Origin: Cystobasidiomycetes sp. EMM_F5
Taxonomy: Eukaryota
NCBI GenBank assembly: GCA_051047955.1
Contig: JBPGPT010000012.1
Location: forward strand, 248,001 to 312,000
DNA length: 64,000 bases
Direction of reading: 5' to 3'
In this document: piece by piece, positions 47,199-60,565 of the stretch
Position numbering within the stretch: the stretch's first letter is position 1
Layout: each line of letters opens with the position of its first letter
Notes under the pieces: model-generated
Told to the model about the DNA's origin: nothing
Database searches by the model: none
Seen by the model: only the letters and a program-made list of their open reading frames with translations
Position numbers and translations under genes: made by a program

Positions 47199-49177
47199 AT
47201 GTTGCAGGGGCTTAGGCTGCCTGCGACACGTGGATACACGAACGGTTCTCGCAATCGCAACGGACCAGTGGAGGCTATGTATACAGAGCAGTGTCGCTTC
47301 TTCGAAGGTTACCTCGAAATTGCTATGCCGTCCCTCAACCTCGGCGCGGCCTCAGGGCCCGACTCAGCAGTCATTCACGAGATTCTCCAACAAGAACGGC
47401 AGGCCAGCTCCGATCGTGCTGCGGCCTTGCACTTCTCTCGCAACGGCAGATTGCCTCACCCTCCTGCACGACAACCGCCCCGCGCCGTGCTTGTAAATGA
47501 GCAGAGAGTCAGTAAATACGCGTTCATCATAAAGACAGGGTGTATTGAGGCTGACACGTAGCAGGCCATGCTATATGCCAGTGTGGTGACACCAGCAACC
47601 GAGATTGCTAACGTTCCAGCGCAAGAGTCATTGCAACAGTCGTCGCACGAGCCGTCGCAAGAGCCGCTGCAAGAGCCGTCGCAAGAGCCGCTGCAAGAGC
47701 CGTCGCAAAAGCCATTGCAAGAATCGGCACATGAGCCGCCGCAACAGCCTGTTCCGACGTGAGTCACCGATCTCGACCGCTTCGCGAGGTCACTGACTCT
47801 GTTTGTAGACGCAAATGCGTGGCGTGCCAGGAACCTCATCCCAAAGCCGCTCTCTTCCGCGCTGGTTGTCGCCATTACTATGACACAGAATGCCTGTCTG
47901 AGTTGTATAGGCTCGCCTGCAAGGATGAAACGCTCTTCCCACCAAGATGCTGCGGAACGCCATTTGTAGCTGAAAATGCCAAGGCAAGTCTCGACCCATC
48001 TGTGTGGGCAGAGTTCGGAGCAAAGATTGCAGAGCTATCTTGCGAGAACCGACTCTATTGCCCTAAGAATACCTGCTCCAAATTTCTTGGACCCGCTGGC
48101 AAGATTGAAGCTGCATCATCGTCTGCTGCTGCGGCCGGAAGCCAGACTGTCATTTGCGAAGACTGTCAGACGAAAGTCTGCGCGATATGCAAGGCTGAAG
48201 CGCATCCAGACAATGTCAGATGCCGCGGTGATCAAGACGAAGTCTCGCAGGCTATTCTATCGATTGCAAAGCAACAGCGTTGGGCGCGTTGTCCCTGCTG
48301 CGGTCGCGTCATCGAACTCAAAGCCGGTACGTTCGGTGTCGCCTCAGATGGACCTTGCTCAAGGCCTTCTCTTTAGGCTGTAACCACATGACATGCGTCT
48401 GCAAAGCGCAGTTCTGCTACGTATGCCAAGCGAGGTGTACGTGCATTCTACTGGCTCGTGTGCCGCATCCACTGACGCGTCCCACTGATCACGTCATTTG
48501 TAGGGAAGACATGTGCTTGCTCTGCCTATGGCGAGCGGCATTTGCAACAGCGCGCTGAAGAGCGTGTGCGACAGGCCTTCGGATTAGTCGCTGCCGCAAC
48601 TCCAGAAGAGCAGCAAAGGCGAATGGAAATTGCAAGGAACTTTGTCATTGACACGCATGATTGTGACCACAATGCAACGTTCACTTTCGTTCCGGGACCT
48701 GGCCAGTGTCTGACGTGCAGCGATAGTGAATCGTTTCGTCATATCGCCTGGAAGTCTTACTGACCTTTGGACGCAAAGATCTCCCTCAATATCTGTTCCA
48801 GTGCGAACGCTGTGAGACGCGCATCTGTTACCAGTCAGTTGGACGTAGAATACTCACGATTAATCTGGCTGAAGTCATTTTCGCGGCGAAGATGCCGTCT
48901 CAACAGGTATGTTCCATTTCAGCGGCATTGAACATGCTGGTGAGTGGAGCGCAAGAGGTTTCTCGGTCAGTTTACAGTATCAAGTGGACCGAAGCTGACC
49001 GAGGCCAGATGCCTATGTAGACAGTTTACCGAGGCAGACGAAATGGTGCATATAGCACCTCCTGTACAAGTGACAGCAGCGGCAGACCCTGTCCAACCTC
49101 TGATAGTACAACATACTGCTCGTGAATATGGTCGTAATAGGATTTTGACGCGTCTACATCCTACTTGGTCTAGATAA
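47199..49177 (+). CDS. RBR (RING-IBR-RING) E3 ubiquitin ligase
   Basis: CVAC..CRHYY..CKDETLFPPRCC, RLYCP..C, WARCPCC..ELKAG|CNHMTCVCKAQFCYVC..WKTCAC, HDCDH. The last exon and stop are uncertain (about 48930 or 49177). Confidence 0.85.
47625..47744 (+). repeat. Coding 12-bp tandem repeat x10 (EPSQ/EPLQ)
   Basis: Alternating units gagccgtcgcaa / gagccgctgcaa with degenerate flanks. Confidence 0.9.
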
Positions 49178-49344
49178 TTTTGGAAATAGTGAGGGACATC
49201 TTGATATTTCCTATAGAAGCACTGCGTTGAGACTAGCTTAAAGAAACTGCCGTAAACGAGCAGACTCTGCGCATTGCGAAACTTGCGATTTGGGTATCTC
49301 TAAGGCATCGCTGGCGATGAGGAGTGTCTCTGAGCCCCGACGCC

Positions 49345-51705
49345 CTACGTACTGAACACTCCGTAGATTTTGAAGCGACCCTTATCGATGCCTGGCTGTC
49401 CTTGCAATTCGCATACTACGTAGTGCGATCCTTTCGATACTCCTCTATCTATTTGACCCACACTGTGCTGCATCTATCAGTACCCAAGCAGCGTACTGGG
49501 ATGCAGACATCAACTCACGTTGGCTGGCCGTAATCTCTGTCCCATGACCCTCTCAGCTCCACTGCACCTCCTGTATTGTCGTCCACCCAACACAGTACTG
49601 TTCCCCATCCCTCTGATTGTCTCCCTTTGAGATAGTAGACTGCGATATCTCCCGCACCAACCTTTACCGGAATCTTTAGCAAAGACCCTGGTGTGTCGCT
49701 GTACCAGTAATGGCGTTCATCTTCGTCATCAGGTCTCGGAGAAATAGGTGTCCACCCGGATCCAGCGAAAACCGATGATGGGAGGGGATTGATGAGATCA
49801 TTAGCAGATGCGCAATTCGGCTTAATCTCCCTAAAGTGCTGGATCGAGTTTGGTCTGTCGTTTATTCTGAAGTGCGGTACGCGAGACCAGGAAGATCGGC
49901 CGGACCGGATTCCAGCGGCGTTGAGAACACCATCCTTTTTCCCGTCTGCACCCATCGCTGCTGCAGAGTCTTCGCCGTCCAGACCCGCATCGCTCCCTTG
50001 ACGAAGTCCTAGACCGCCTAGAAGAGCACCACCAGCACCACCGCCTGCAGCAGCACCTCCACCCGAAATGTCATCTGCCAAGATGCCTCCGGGCATCCCT
50101 CCTCCTACCGAAGGTAAGGGTAACCCAGCAAGGTCTGCTTCCAGTGCAGCAGCATCCCAGACCTGGCAGACTTCAGATTCGAGGTACGCAATAATGGTAT
50201 CTGCCAGTAGCTCGTGCCCTTTACCGTTGGCGAGGATAGGGTCCAGATAGTAGGTCTGACGAACTTTTTGCGGATTGAGCAGGTATTCTTCATACAGGAA
50301 GCCCTTGACGGAAAGATGGACGACATCGTAGAATTGGGCGACGGCGGAATGCCATATTTCGGCACCTGCAAACCCATGCTCTCCTTGCATTTGAGGTGCA
50401 AAATGACCAAGCATAATGATAGCTGGCTGATCTGGTCGTAACAGCAGTGAGCGAATCAATAGATCCGTATTCGCCAGTGTCGATTGATCACTGGATACGA
50501 GTGAACGTCAGCATGATGGAGACTGAGATATGCAAGGCACGACCGACTGAGGATCTTCAGTGTCAAATTCAACAATGACCAAGTCTACCCTGTCGGGCAG
50601 ATGCATCTCCGAGCAGTATCCAAAATATGAAGTACCGGTACGGCGCACTGAAGAGGACGTGTCAGCATATCCAGCTCACATACAAGAAAACAGATAACGT
50701 ACGTGCACCGTTGGTTAATTCGTTTGCAGGGTGCGGGAAGACATCGTTGAGCCAGGCGAACAATCGATGGGGATAGCAATTTGGACCGATTGGATTACCG
50801 AGAGGATGAGCAGTAGTCGCATCGAGCCCGTGACATGAGGAAACTGATCCACCGAGGACACCGATAGCTAAAGGGCAGGGTGACACATTCAGGCACGTTA
50901 GCTATCAGTATCGGTGTATGTGGATCAGCGGAAGACTGCCACAAGGCGAGTATGTTTACGGCGACACTGTACATTGAGTTAGGGAAGTCTGCGACTCACT
51001 TATGGGGAGACCAGCCATTGCTCTTCTCAGCACCCGGCGAACTCGCTCCGACGACCCAACATGAGCACGCGTCTTGAGGATGGCTTCGGGTCCATAGACG
51101 TTGCCCAGCTCGTCTCCATCCCCAAAGGTCGGGCAGAATGTAAATGGTGCCGCTTCACTAAAGTTTGCCGGTCCTAGGCCACCACCGCCATGCAGCGCTG
51201 TTTGGAGAATGGAGGATTGGATGAATGGTAGCAGAGAGAGTAATAGAGTCAGCATGGAAGAAATATACAAACGCGCACAGACTCGGCGTCTGAAAACACG
51301 CGTAAAAGCTCGACGGGCATGTCCAAGCCCGTCTCAATCGCCAGACCCACCCTCTGCGACGCTCTTCTGTCTCTGCCTAGCTGCTTGACTCCTCAGCATG
51401 TCTGTTCTCCTCGACTGGCCGCTCTTCAACCCAAACCCGGGCAGGTTTCCGAGCTGCCCTTGCTGGAGCCTCGAGGACGGGCTGACGAGGTGAATGATGA
51501 ACAACACCAAAAGTATCGGCCCGAGAATGATAAAGACCCTCCGACGTGACGCCTGCTTCTGGTAGTCGAGGGCTGCCGCATTGGCGTTGCTGCCGCGCGG
51601 TCCACCTGGCCCGTCCCTGGATCCATCGCGACCCCGAAGCAGCGGTGCGCTACTCCCGTCGCTGCGCGTGTCGTGCGACGTGACTATCCGGCGTTGCAGC
51701 GACAT
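49345..51705 (-). CDS. CAP64: Cap64/Cas3-family capsule-associated protein (SGNH-like), type II membrane
   Basis: TM VFIILGPILLVLFIIHLV; RVRRVLRRAMAGLP; GVLGGSVSSCHG; FPHPANELTNGA; HLPDRVDLVIVEFD; AQFYDV; CASANDLINPLP. The call is at family level (CAP64/CAS35 orthology not resolved). Confidence 0.85.
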
Positions 51706-52059
51706 GCTTTGTTTGACAATGTCGGTACTGGCTGCTGTTGTCCAAGTCTTAGAAAGATTGTTGGCTTTTCAAAGGGTCGCGTTGAGTGAACTTTCGATCA
51801 GCGACACGCGCGAAACATTGTCGGAGAAACGGCCAGGGAAGCAATGAGAACAAGAGTAATTGGAGCATACGAATGCATTCGTGGGGTACTTAGCTGCTGG
51901 TCTCTCTTTCCAACGACGAAAAAAGCTCATACTTGGCCGACTTTAGAGCTCCAAGTTGAGCCACGACCTTGCCTGGGTTCCAACTGCCAACACTGTCAAG
52001 TACTTTGCACTGCGCTCTCGAAAAGTGTCGCCGTCGCAGTCTGAGCCCGAGACGCAGCC

Positions 52060-54727
52060 ATGCCGCCCACTTCGCCCGCGCGGCAGCTCGCCGTGAGACT
52101 GGCCTTTGGACTGGCGGCCATTCTTTTCGTGAAATGGATATTCTTTGACGGCAAGGTGAGTGGGACGGCACTGGAATGGCCGAATAGTGATGTGCCTGAC
52201 GTCTCTTACCTCTCCAGTCCACGCTGCCACCCGGCGAGATTGCCCATTCGTCCTTTATGGAACGCATCACGTCTGGCGTCTCGCTCAGAGGTCAGTCGTT
52301 GGATCCGAGAATACACGGCTTCCTACAGTCACGGATAGGCCGGCGAGACCTCGTCCCCTTGCCTGGCGAAGAAGAGGAAGAGCTGCGAATCAACCTCGCA
52401 AAGCAGGGCAAGGGCAAAGATGTGGACGGAAAGAAGGGCGTCACTGGAGACCGGCACGCAGAGCTGTCGACTGGCTCGTCAGATGGCCTCGTAGACGACA
52501 GTGGTGCACCCGTCCGGAGCGAGCGCCAGGACCTCTTCGACACGCACATCAAGCAGGGTCTACGCGACTTTTGGTTTAGGTTTCAACTGCCCTTTGCGAC
52601 AAACTCCGAGACTGTACACCTCGACGAGCAGGTAGTCAAAGGCGTGGTAGATGAGTTGATGAGCTTCAATGGCTGGGCCGCAGCTGCGTGCTCTTCCCTC
52701 ACTCGACCTTTTGCAGCCTCTCGCAAGGACGACGCCTACACCGACCTCACGTCCAACAATCAACTCTACTACTTTGCACTAGTAGTGCACTCGGCAGATC
52801 ACTTCCTCATCGACCAAGTCGCCTCGATTGTGCAATTGTCGCGCAGGCTCGGCCCTCAGAATATATTTGTATCCATCATAGACTACGCTTCCACAGATTC
52901 TACGCCCTTCCTGAGTGATCTCACAGAAATGATGTTTACTCTACTCGGCATATCCTTCCGTATCAAACGTATCCCGCCAATGACCAGGGATCCGGCCGCA
53001 GCGTACTACCCACTCGAAGAAGCCTACACGCGCAACTTGGCTATAGAACCCCTCAGAGAGCTCTATCATCGACGCAAGGTGTCGTTTGCAAAAGTTATTT
53101 GGCTCAAAGGCTTCACCTGCCCCAATGATATTCTGGAGACTCTGCGTGTTGCGGCAGTCAACAAGGCCGCCATGACTTGTTCCATGGACTGGAAGGAGCA
53201 CAACGGCTTCTTCATTTATAATGACAGGTGCGGTGTAGTAACGTTATATTACCCCGATCTTTGGCTTACATTACGTGTAGATGGCGAACCCGTGATATGG
53301 ACGGCAATCTGTTCAGAGGCTCCAAATCTACTTCTCCAATGGACGAAGCGCCTCCTCGAGATGCCGCATCCATCCGAAGATATGCTCAGCATCTCCCTTT
53401 CCAGGTCTTTTGCTGCGAGTCTGGCGTACATATCATCGATCCCTCCCAGTCGTTCTACGCTGGCCTCTCTTACCGCTCTTCGGTCGAGCACGGCATCTTT
53501 AACATTTCAGCAGCGGAAGACGGCAAGCCGCCAAAGTGGTCGGAAGGACCGTGCATGGATTCAGCTCAGATGCATTTCTGCAGGGATCTGTGGATGCTGT
53601 CGGCCAAAGAAGGTGTCAAGAGCGATGCCAAACGAGCGCGAGAAAAGGAGCGTAAAGGACTGCCGAGAGGACTATCGCCAGAAATGGAAAAGATTGTCAA
53701 GGTAGTTGCTCCTCAGTATGTACCGCAGGATAAATCGTCAGGCGGTATGTGGTCATTTGGACGGAAGAAGCCAGATGCGATACCCATAGCTCCTGATGAA
53801 GACGAAGAAGACGACGAGGAGGAGGAAGATGTCTACGAGCAGGGGATAAATGCTGATAAATCGACCGATGCCGCTGCGGCTGACGGAGCGGCCGGAGACA
53901 AACCCGCAAAGGACAATATTCCAGATGAAACCGTGCTTCAGGAGACAGCCGAGGAGAAGAAGGAGAAGCAAGAACAGCTCATGGCGGCCGACGCTGCCGC
54001 TGCGGCTCTGCCTGCTGATCAACAACAAGCACCGAAAGCGGTGGAAGTGGAAGTAGATGCCGCTCAAGAGCGTGTTGATTCCGATCGCCGCGTGGATCCC
54101 GAAGTAGATGGTCTTCCAGGGGTGGCGAAAGGTATAGGTGAAGCCGGTGCTGATGCACTGAGACAACGGGGCAAGCGCGATCACATCGAAGAGTTTGCCG
54201 AGAGGGCAACTGCCGACATAGTCAAACGGCAAGATGCTGCAAAGGCAGAGGCAGAGGGCGGTGCGGATGCCGAGAAAGCAGACTCGGTCGACGCCGATGA
54301 GAACATAGTCGAAGATGATATCCCGGTCGTTCCGGTGCGCGGCGGCCGTAACCGGGCACTGAAGAATCTGGCCTTCCAACCCGCTCGTATCGTTGTCAAT
54401 CCGCGGTGCGTTACAACATATGCTGGAGTCTCCCACACACAGCTAGCGCTGGATTTATTCGGGGAGGATACCGAAGATGAAAGTCATGCTAGCAACTTGG
54501 GCAACAATATAGGTGCTGCTGGAGCCGACAGCGATGCCTTCAACGCTGGTGGCAAACAGACCCAATCTTTCTACGATAAATATGCCTTGCACGAGTTTGG
54601 ACCGGGTCCAGAAACATTCGTCTGTCAGGAAATGCGAACGTCTGGTGGGAGGTCTGCACCAAAGCAGCAAAGAAGGACTGGGTTTAGTATCGCTCGGGGC
54701 TTGCTGGAAGGTTGGCAGCCGCAATGA
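52060..54727 (+). CDS. CAP60: Cap60 capsule-associated protein (GT69/Cap59-like family)
   Basis: TM; FNGWAAAAC; HSADHFLIDQ; YYPLEEAYTRN; WLKGFTCPNDILE; MDWKEHNGFFIYND|RWRTRD; VNPRCVTTYAGVSH. Two introns. Confidence 0.88.
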
Positions 54728-55039
54728 GAAGGTTCGGTATGGTGAAAAACGACTGCAATGTGTGCATCTCACGGCAAGAATCAGTGTAGTAAGTTATTAG
54801 ACAATGCATAGCGAGATGTGCTAGCGGGAAACATTATCGTCTCGGTCGCACGGTTGGAAAAGTAGTGGTGCTGTTGTAAGAATATGCAAGGTGCAAGATA
54901 AACGTCTAAGCAGGGCAAGATCCGGTTGCCCCGTCATTTTAGCAATACAATAGATGAAAGATCGAAACGTGCTGTGACCCGCTTCGGGACATCGACGAGT
55001 GTAGTTCGATAGAAGTAAGAAATCGTGTTGGATTTGACC

Positions 55040-58000
55040 TCACCGCAAGATACGGGCTGTGAGGCGACTTGTACGGAACAGAGATTCGCCTATCATGTAC
55101 CACAGGAAACCAATAAACCTGGCGAGCGATGTCCCAAATGTTCTGCGTAGATGCACATGTCAGTGATGTTCTAGGTAAGGAGACGACAGTACGAACATCC
55201 AAAGGAGGACCTGGAAGTATAGAGTTCGATCCGACGCTGGTAGACGGCTGATAGCGATACATAAGCTTGCATTGACGGTCAGCCAAAAGACCACAAGACG
55301 AGTTCTGAACGTCCGATTAGCGTCGTCAACGGTAGGCTCCTCCTTTTCTTCGACTTCAGAGAATGGCGCGACCGCTCTTAAAACAGCTGTAGAGGACATG
55401 ATGAGCGAGATATCAGCAGGAGATAAGCGGTCCCTCTCACTTTGCTTGAAGCGATCATCGATAGCCTGTTGCGTTTGTTCCTCAATCTCGACGACTTGCT
55501 CATCAGGATCACTACCTTCCTTTGCCTTCTTCGTCGTTACACTCGCTAGGTTTTCAGCTTTGTCGCTGCCTTTTGTGCCCTGTAAAAATGGTCTCAGTAC
55601 CGCACTAACACAGAAACGATGGTACTAACCCAAGACACATCATGTAGATCTAACGGAAGGAAAGCTCGCCTATCAGTTTAAACGTCCTCCATTCCTACAG
55701 AGAATATACGCACTGCAGAAGCTGTACACCGCGAGCACGTTTGTGAACGAGATCGTGATGAACAAGTATTGGATGAAACTGTTGACAAGGCTAAAGTGGC
55801 GAATTAGAATATGCTCGTAGAATGGAATGGCTCGCTGACTTACTGCCATGGGTCTAAATACAGCACAGACGCGAGGATCCAGATACCGAAGGTTCCAATC
55901 AGCCCGGCAGCCTGATTTGTTGTGATTTGTATCGATCAATTCACGTCTGTAGATTGAAGACGATGATGCAAGACAACTCACAATAGGAGCGAAAGTGCCA
56001 TCAAAGAAGACGGAAGTCAGCGGCTGTCCAGCCGCCAGCGCTTCGGAGATCTGATGCTGCATTGGGCACAGCGCCATGGCTGTTAGGTAGAGGGTGTTGA
56101 CGACGAGGTACAGCGCGAGTATGCCAAAGAGCCAGATACTCATAGAGTAAGCGAATCTTTCGGCTTTCGGGCGGTTACCGAGACCAAGGATTATTTGCAG
56201 CGTAATCAAGGCCAGGTAGACCAGCTTCAATCCCAGATTGACGACTCTGAAAGCGCCGCACGTTAGGGTGAACGGCTATGAGAATAGTGCGGACTTACCC
56301 TAGGACATCGTGCTTGTGTAAGAAATCGTCGCTGCCATCGTCCTCTAGCCAGGTACCAGCCCAGCACTGCTGTACAATTGGATTTCCAGCCGCAGCCTGG
56401 TCGGGATACCGGAGGCTGAAGGGAGCGAGCTTCAGCATTGGTCAATGACGCTGCGCAATCTGCTTAACTGACTTTGTAGCAATGATGTCGATAATAATAG
56501 CTGCGGATGTCGCGGGTGTCAGATGATCATCAAGAGAAGTAAAAGGAAGCATCATACCGAATGTATTGTAGCTGAATGATCTGGTCAGCACGTAACAGTG
56601 TATCGCTGCGAATTATGGAAGACTCACAAGTTGCTGAGAGCAAAGAGACCCATAAAGAGAGACGTGAAGTTCAGCAGGGCCTGAACGTGCAACATGGCCA
56701 GGCGAATCATGCCGTGCCCACTGAGATAGACTGATCCAACCGTTAGCCATTGCTCGTGACGAGGTACGTGAATGCTCACCTCTGCCGAAGTGCCATAAGG
56801 AGTATACACCGGCTGCCATTGACCCGTTGAGCCATCTTCGACGTTGTCCGATTAGTTCGGCAGCTGCTTCCGGCACATCCGTCTCCGCTTTGGACGGCTT
56901 GACGTAACCTAGCGTCCATTTCTCTCCTGCCTTGGCGACTAATTCGAAGCACAAAATTCTGTCTTCGGCGACTGTAAAGGAGGAAACTTAGTTGGGAAAA
57001 ATTTGGCTGTTATAGCGCGAATAACGTACGGAACATATTCTAAGAGAAAGCGATGATCACCGAGACTTTAGCGGCGAGAGATACCATCTCGATAGGGGAC
57101 CTACCTTCGTAAAGATGCTCATTTGCTTGAATTTATCGCCCATCCGAGCTGCCATTGTAGCGTCACCGTGGAAATACTGCTCCAAAGGACGGCCTTGAAT
57201 CGCCCTGTATCGATAAGCGGAGAAAGCGCCTGGAAGCACGCTCACATAGCCGAAAGCACTCTCTGTAGGTTTATCGAGAATGTTGGACATTTTGTACTCG
57301 AAGTTCTGCGCAGCGACAAGCGGGTTGAGAAGCAATTTGCCCCACTTGCCCAACATGGCGTGGATCTCGCCTGCAGCTCCACCGAGAGTTTTATTGTGAT
57401 GGAAAGCCTCCCACAATAGGTAGATCGATTTGGGCTGTGGTTTGGTACCAGCGTCAATAAGAACGCAAATTTCCGGCTGCAGGTGGCGACCAAGCGCATT
57501 GAAGAGCCATCTATGCGAGTTGATCTTCTTTGCATTCTTCGCCTTTATGCACAGGATGAACTGGACAGGTACGAGACCTTCGGCTTTATCTTTGGCTGGG
57601 AAAATCAATTGTGGCTTGTCGGAGATACTGATGTGGGTGGTATACTCCATAATATGACACACGGTAGGTATACCATCGATGTCCTTCTTCATAACCGAGT
57701 CCTGGTAGATACCTTGAGCAGCAAAGATACTATTGCACAGCATTCAGCTTCCAGAGAAGCGCGAATGGTAGGGTGACTTACTCAAGAACTTGCTTGTCGG
57801 CAGGATCTGCAGGAAAGGAAAATTCAAATGGACATTAAACAGATCAATACATCACTTTATTCCATCTTGCACTTTACGCACCTAGTCCATCGAGGATGAT
57901 GGCCACTACGACCTTCTTCCAAGATGCTTCGCCGCTGCATCCTCCGTAGCCATCCTCTTCGTCCCGTTTGCTGGCGAGCTGGAACTCTGACCACTTCGAC

Positions 58001-59484
58001 TTGACCATGTCTCGAATATTCGATTGAATCCCAAACAGCGTGCGCTAGAAACAGTCTGCCTCAGTCATACCACTGCTAAATGGACAGCGTTTTGTGCCTC
58101 ACCGCCACGAGTTCACGCGGTTCGTTGTAATAAGCTGGTTTTACAGCATCATACCAGTCAGTGCCATTCGGATGGTGCGCGTTCAATCAGCACTTACTCA
58201 TAGCGATAAGCAGCTCGGTTCTGCGACCCCACTTGGTTTGGCGGAGCGAGTATCCGGAGCTGGCCAAGAAGTCGTCTGGGTCGCAAGTGCTGATAAGATT
58301 AGATGAGTTAGCTGAGTTGGATTGAGTAACATAACGACCTACGCGGCAGTATATCTCATCTTTGTGAACTCATTCGCCTCGGCCATATGTCCATACCCAC
58401 CAGCTGTATTTGCGTTGCGTACCGCGGAAGGTACGTCTGTTATATTATCAGTACATGCAGCTTGCCAGCAAGGTAATGTTCTCACCATAATCAGCGATGA
58501 AGCGACCTTTGGTAAGCTTGACTTTCTTCGTTTTGGCTCTGCCAGGCTTAATTCGTTGACGTTTGATCCATGCTTCCGATGTTGCCTCGCGGTCGGAGCT
58601 CGAGGAGGATGTTACGCTCAAGGCAGAGCTCAGACGAGATGATGGATCACCAAACCCGCCAATAAAGTCTGAATCGCCTGATGTCTTGACGCGTCGGCGC
58701 GGTTCCGGTACTGAAAGGAAACTCGCTGCTGGGACAATATCGCCATTTCCAAAGTCTCCATACTTCTCGTCGTTTAACGTACTGCTAGAGTCGTTTGGAA
58801 AGTTTGTGACATTGTTGCCGGAAGCCGCGCGCCCGTTGCCGAAGTTGCGGGAACTGTGAACAGATCGTGTAGCAGTGGCTGGCGGAGTTCCATTGTGAGA
58901 TATCGAGTCGAATGGTGCAAGCGATCTGTCGTCTTCGGGAATGTAGAGCGACTCATTCATTGTGCTGCTACGAGCTGGATCTTGCGCCTGAAAGTGAGGA
59001 TGCGTGTTGGAACGCATGAGATTAGTCGCGGAGAGGTAATTGCTATACTCGTGAAAAGGCAGCCGCGCTGTGGAGATATCGTTGTCTATGTCTCTTTCCG
59101 AGTCAGCGTGGTAGAGATCGTAGTTGTAGGAGAGTCCAGTATAGTCGTTCTTGTTGATACTGTAGTTGCTGGACGCTCGCTTGCGGTAGCTGAATCGACC
59201 GCTTGCTACAGTCGATTGCGTTCTGTTTCGATGTAGGCGAGACGGAGCGATATCCTCCTCCACGTTGACGACCTAAATTTGGGGAACGCATTGCCGAGTT
59301 GTGGCAGTGATGCGAAACACAAAGGAAAATGGCACAGCAAGAACATGTCAGCTGGTTTCAGTGGCGAAAGAGGGGTCGCAACGAGAGTCGAAGCGCAAGA
59401 AGATGCGCATCGACTTGATGGGACTACAGGGAAATTACGTACTGTGTCGGAGTTGGCCATCGTGTAAAAGCCCTCGTTGAACAT
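55040..59484 (-). CDS. CHS: Chitin synthase, division 1, class III-like
   Basis: [62 protein letters not shown] (class III type), LAEDR, QRRRW, HDVSW|GTK. The start is 59484 or 59460. Confidence 0.95.
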
Positions 59485-60565
59485 GCTAAGCGGTCGAGTT
59501 ATCGAGCCCTCCAAAAGCCTTAAAGAGACAGCTATAGGACTTCCCCGTAGGAGTCGGTTGAGAAGAAGGACTGCCGTTTAGCAGCTGCCTCTCGTCGCTG
59601 CAGCTTCTCGAGGTACTGCCAAGGTTTTCGTGAATGAAACCAAATTGCGCGAGTGATGCGGGAGAGGTGTCTCGGAGAGAAGCTTGCAGAGTAGGACGAT
59701 AGCATCTCAAAATATCTACATTGTTTGTCAAGGCGGGGCGCTTTGCAACATCGTCGACGTTGTTGGTGAGGCAGTGTCTCCCGGAGCGTGTTGCGGCTGT
59801 CCAGCAAGGAGGATAGTTTGATGTTGCAGATAGTTTCCAGCTTACCGTGTCAGAGGAGCTGCCGTGTAGCGCGAGATAGCTTTCGGGCAGTTGCATTCGT
59901 GCATCCATCCTAGCCGACAATCCCAAATTTGGTCAGTTTCGGACGCGATGGGTCAGTACTCTATCCCGTTAGCATTCGGTCAGTGTCAGTGTTAGTCTGC
60001 TGTATGCCATTCCAAATGTTCGCTTCAGCTGCAAAATTTCCCAAGTTCGCGCGACGGCAAAGGGGGCGGGCTGGGCGGCAGCGGTTGACTGGCATGCGAT
60101 ACGCAGAATTCTGAAAGAGGGCACAATTCTGTCAGGACTGCAACGGCGACGACACGAGCAGACGCAGCAATCGTTTGGAACATCCTCGAGTCTAGGCAAT
60201 TCACCAGACTCGACCAGGCTGTTGCGATCCGATAGACAATAGCTGCCGCGAAGTGGTCAACCTAGCTGGATCCGAGCGATAGCTCTGCAATACCGACGTG
60301 GTGGTGGTCAGAATTTACGGCGACCGTCTGCGCCGCCCTCTGTGGTCATCTCGAGCAGCCTGAGTTGCCGGCTCGTGCAGTCCTGGGCAACAATCGGTCT
60401 ACACGATATTAAACGGATTCGGAGAACGAAATCATCACTGCGCACGCTGCGTCTCTCATACTCTGTACGCTCGTCTGCTCGTTTGAGCCCGCGTTTCCGC
60501 CGTGTCGAATCGCCATATCCGCTCGCTGTTTCGCCTGGATATCATCTCGATAGCAATCAATCAAC

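Noticed and set aside
47456..47875. Metallothionein-like Cys-rich ORF (CSGSCDGS repeats)
   Set aside because: It is the antisense reading of the EPSQ/EPLQ repeat in the RBR ligase.
2806..54727. Mating-type locus (Cryptococcus MAT contains a KDM5-like RUM1, ribosomal protein genes and a CAP gene)
   Set aside because: No pheromone precursor, STE3, STE20 or homeodomain gene is visible in the window.
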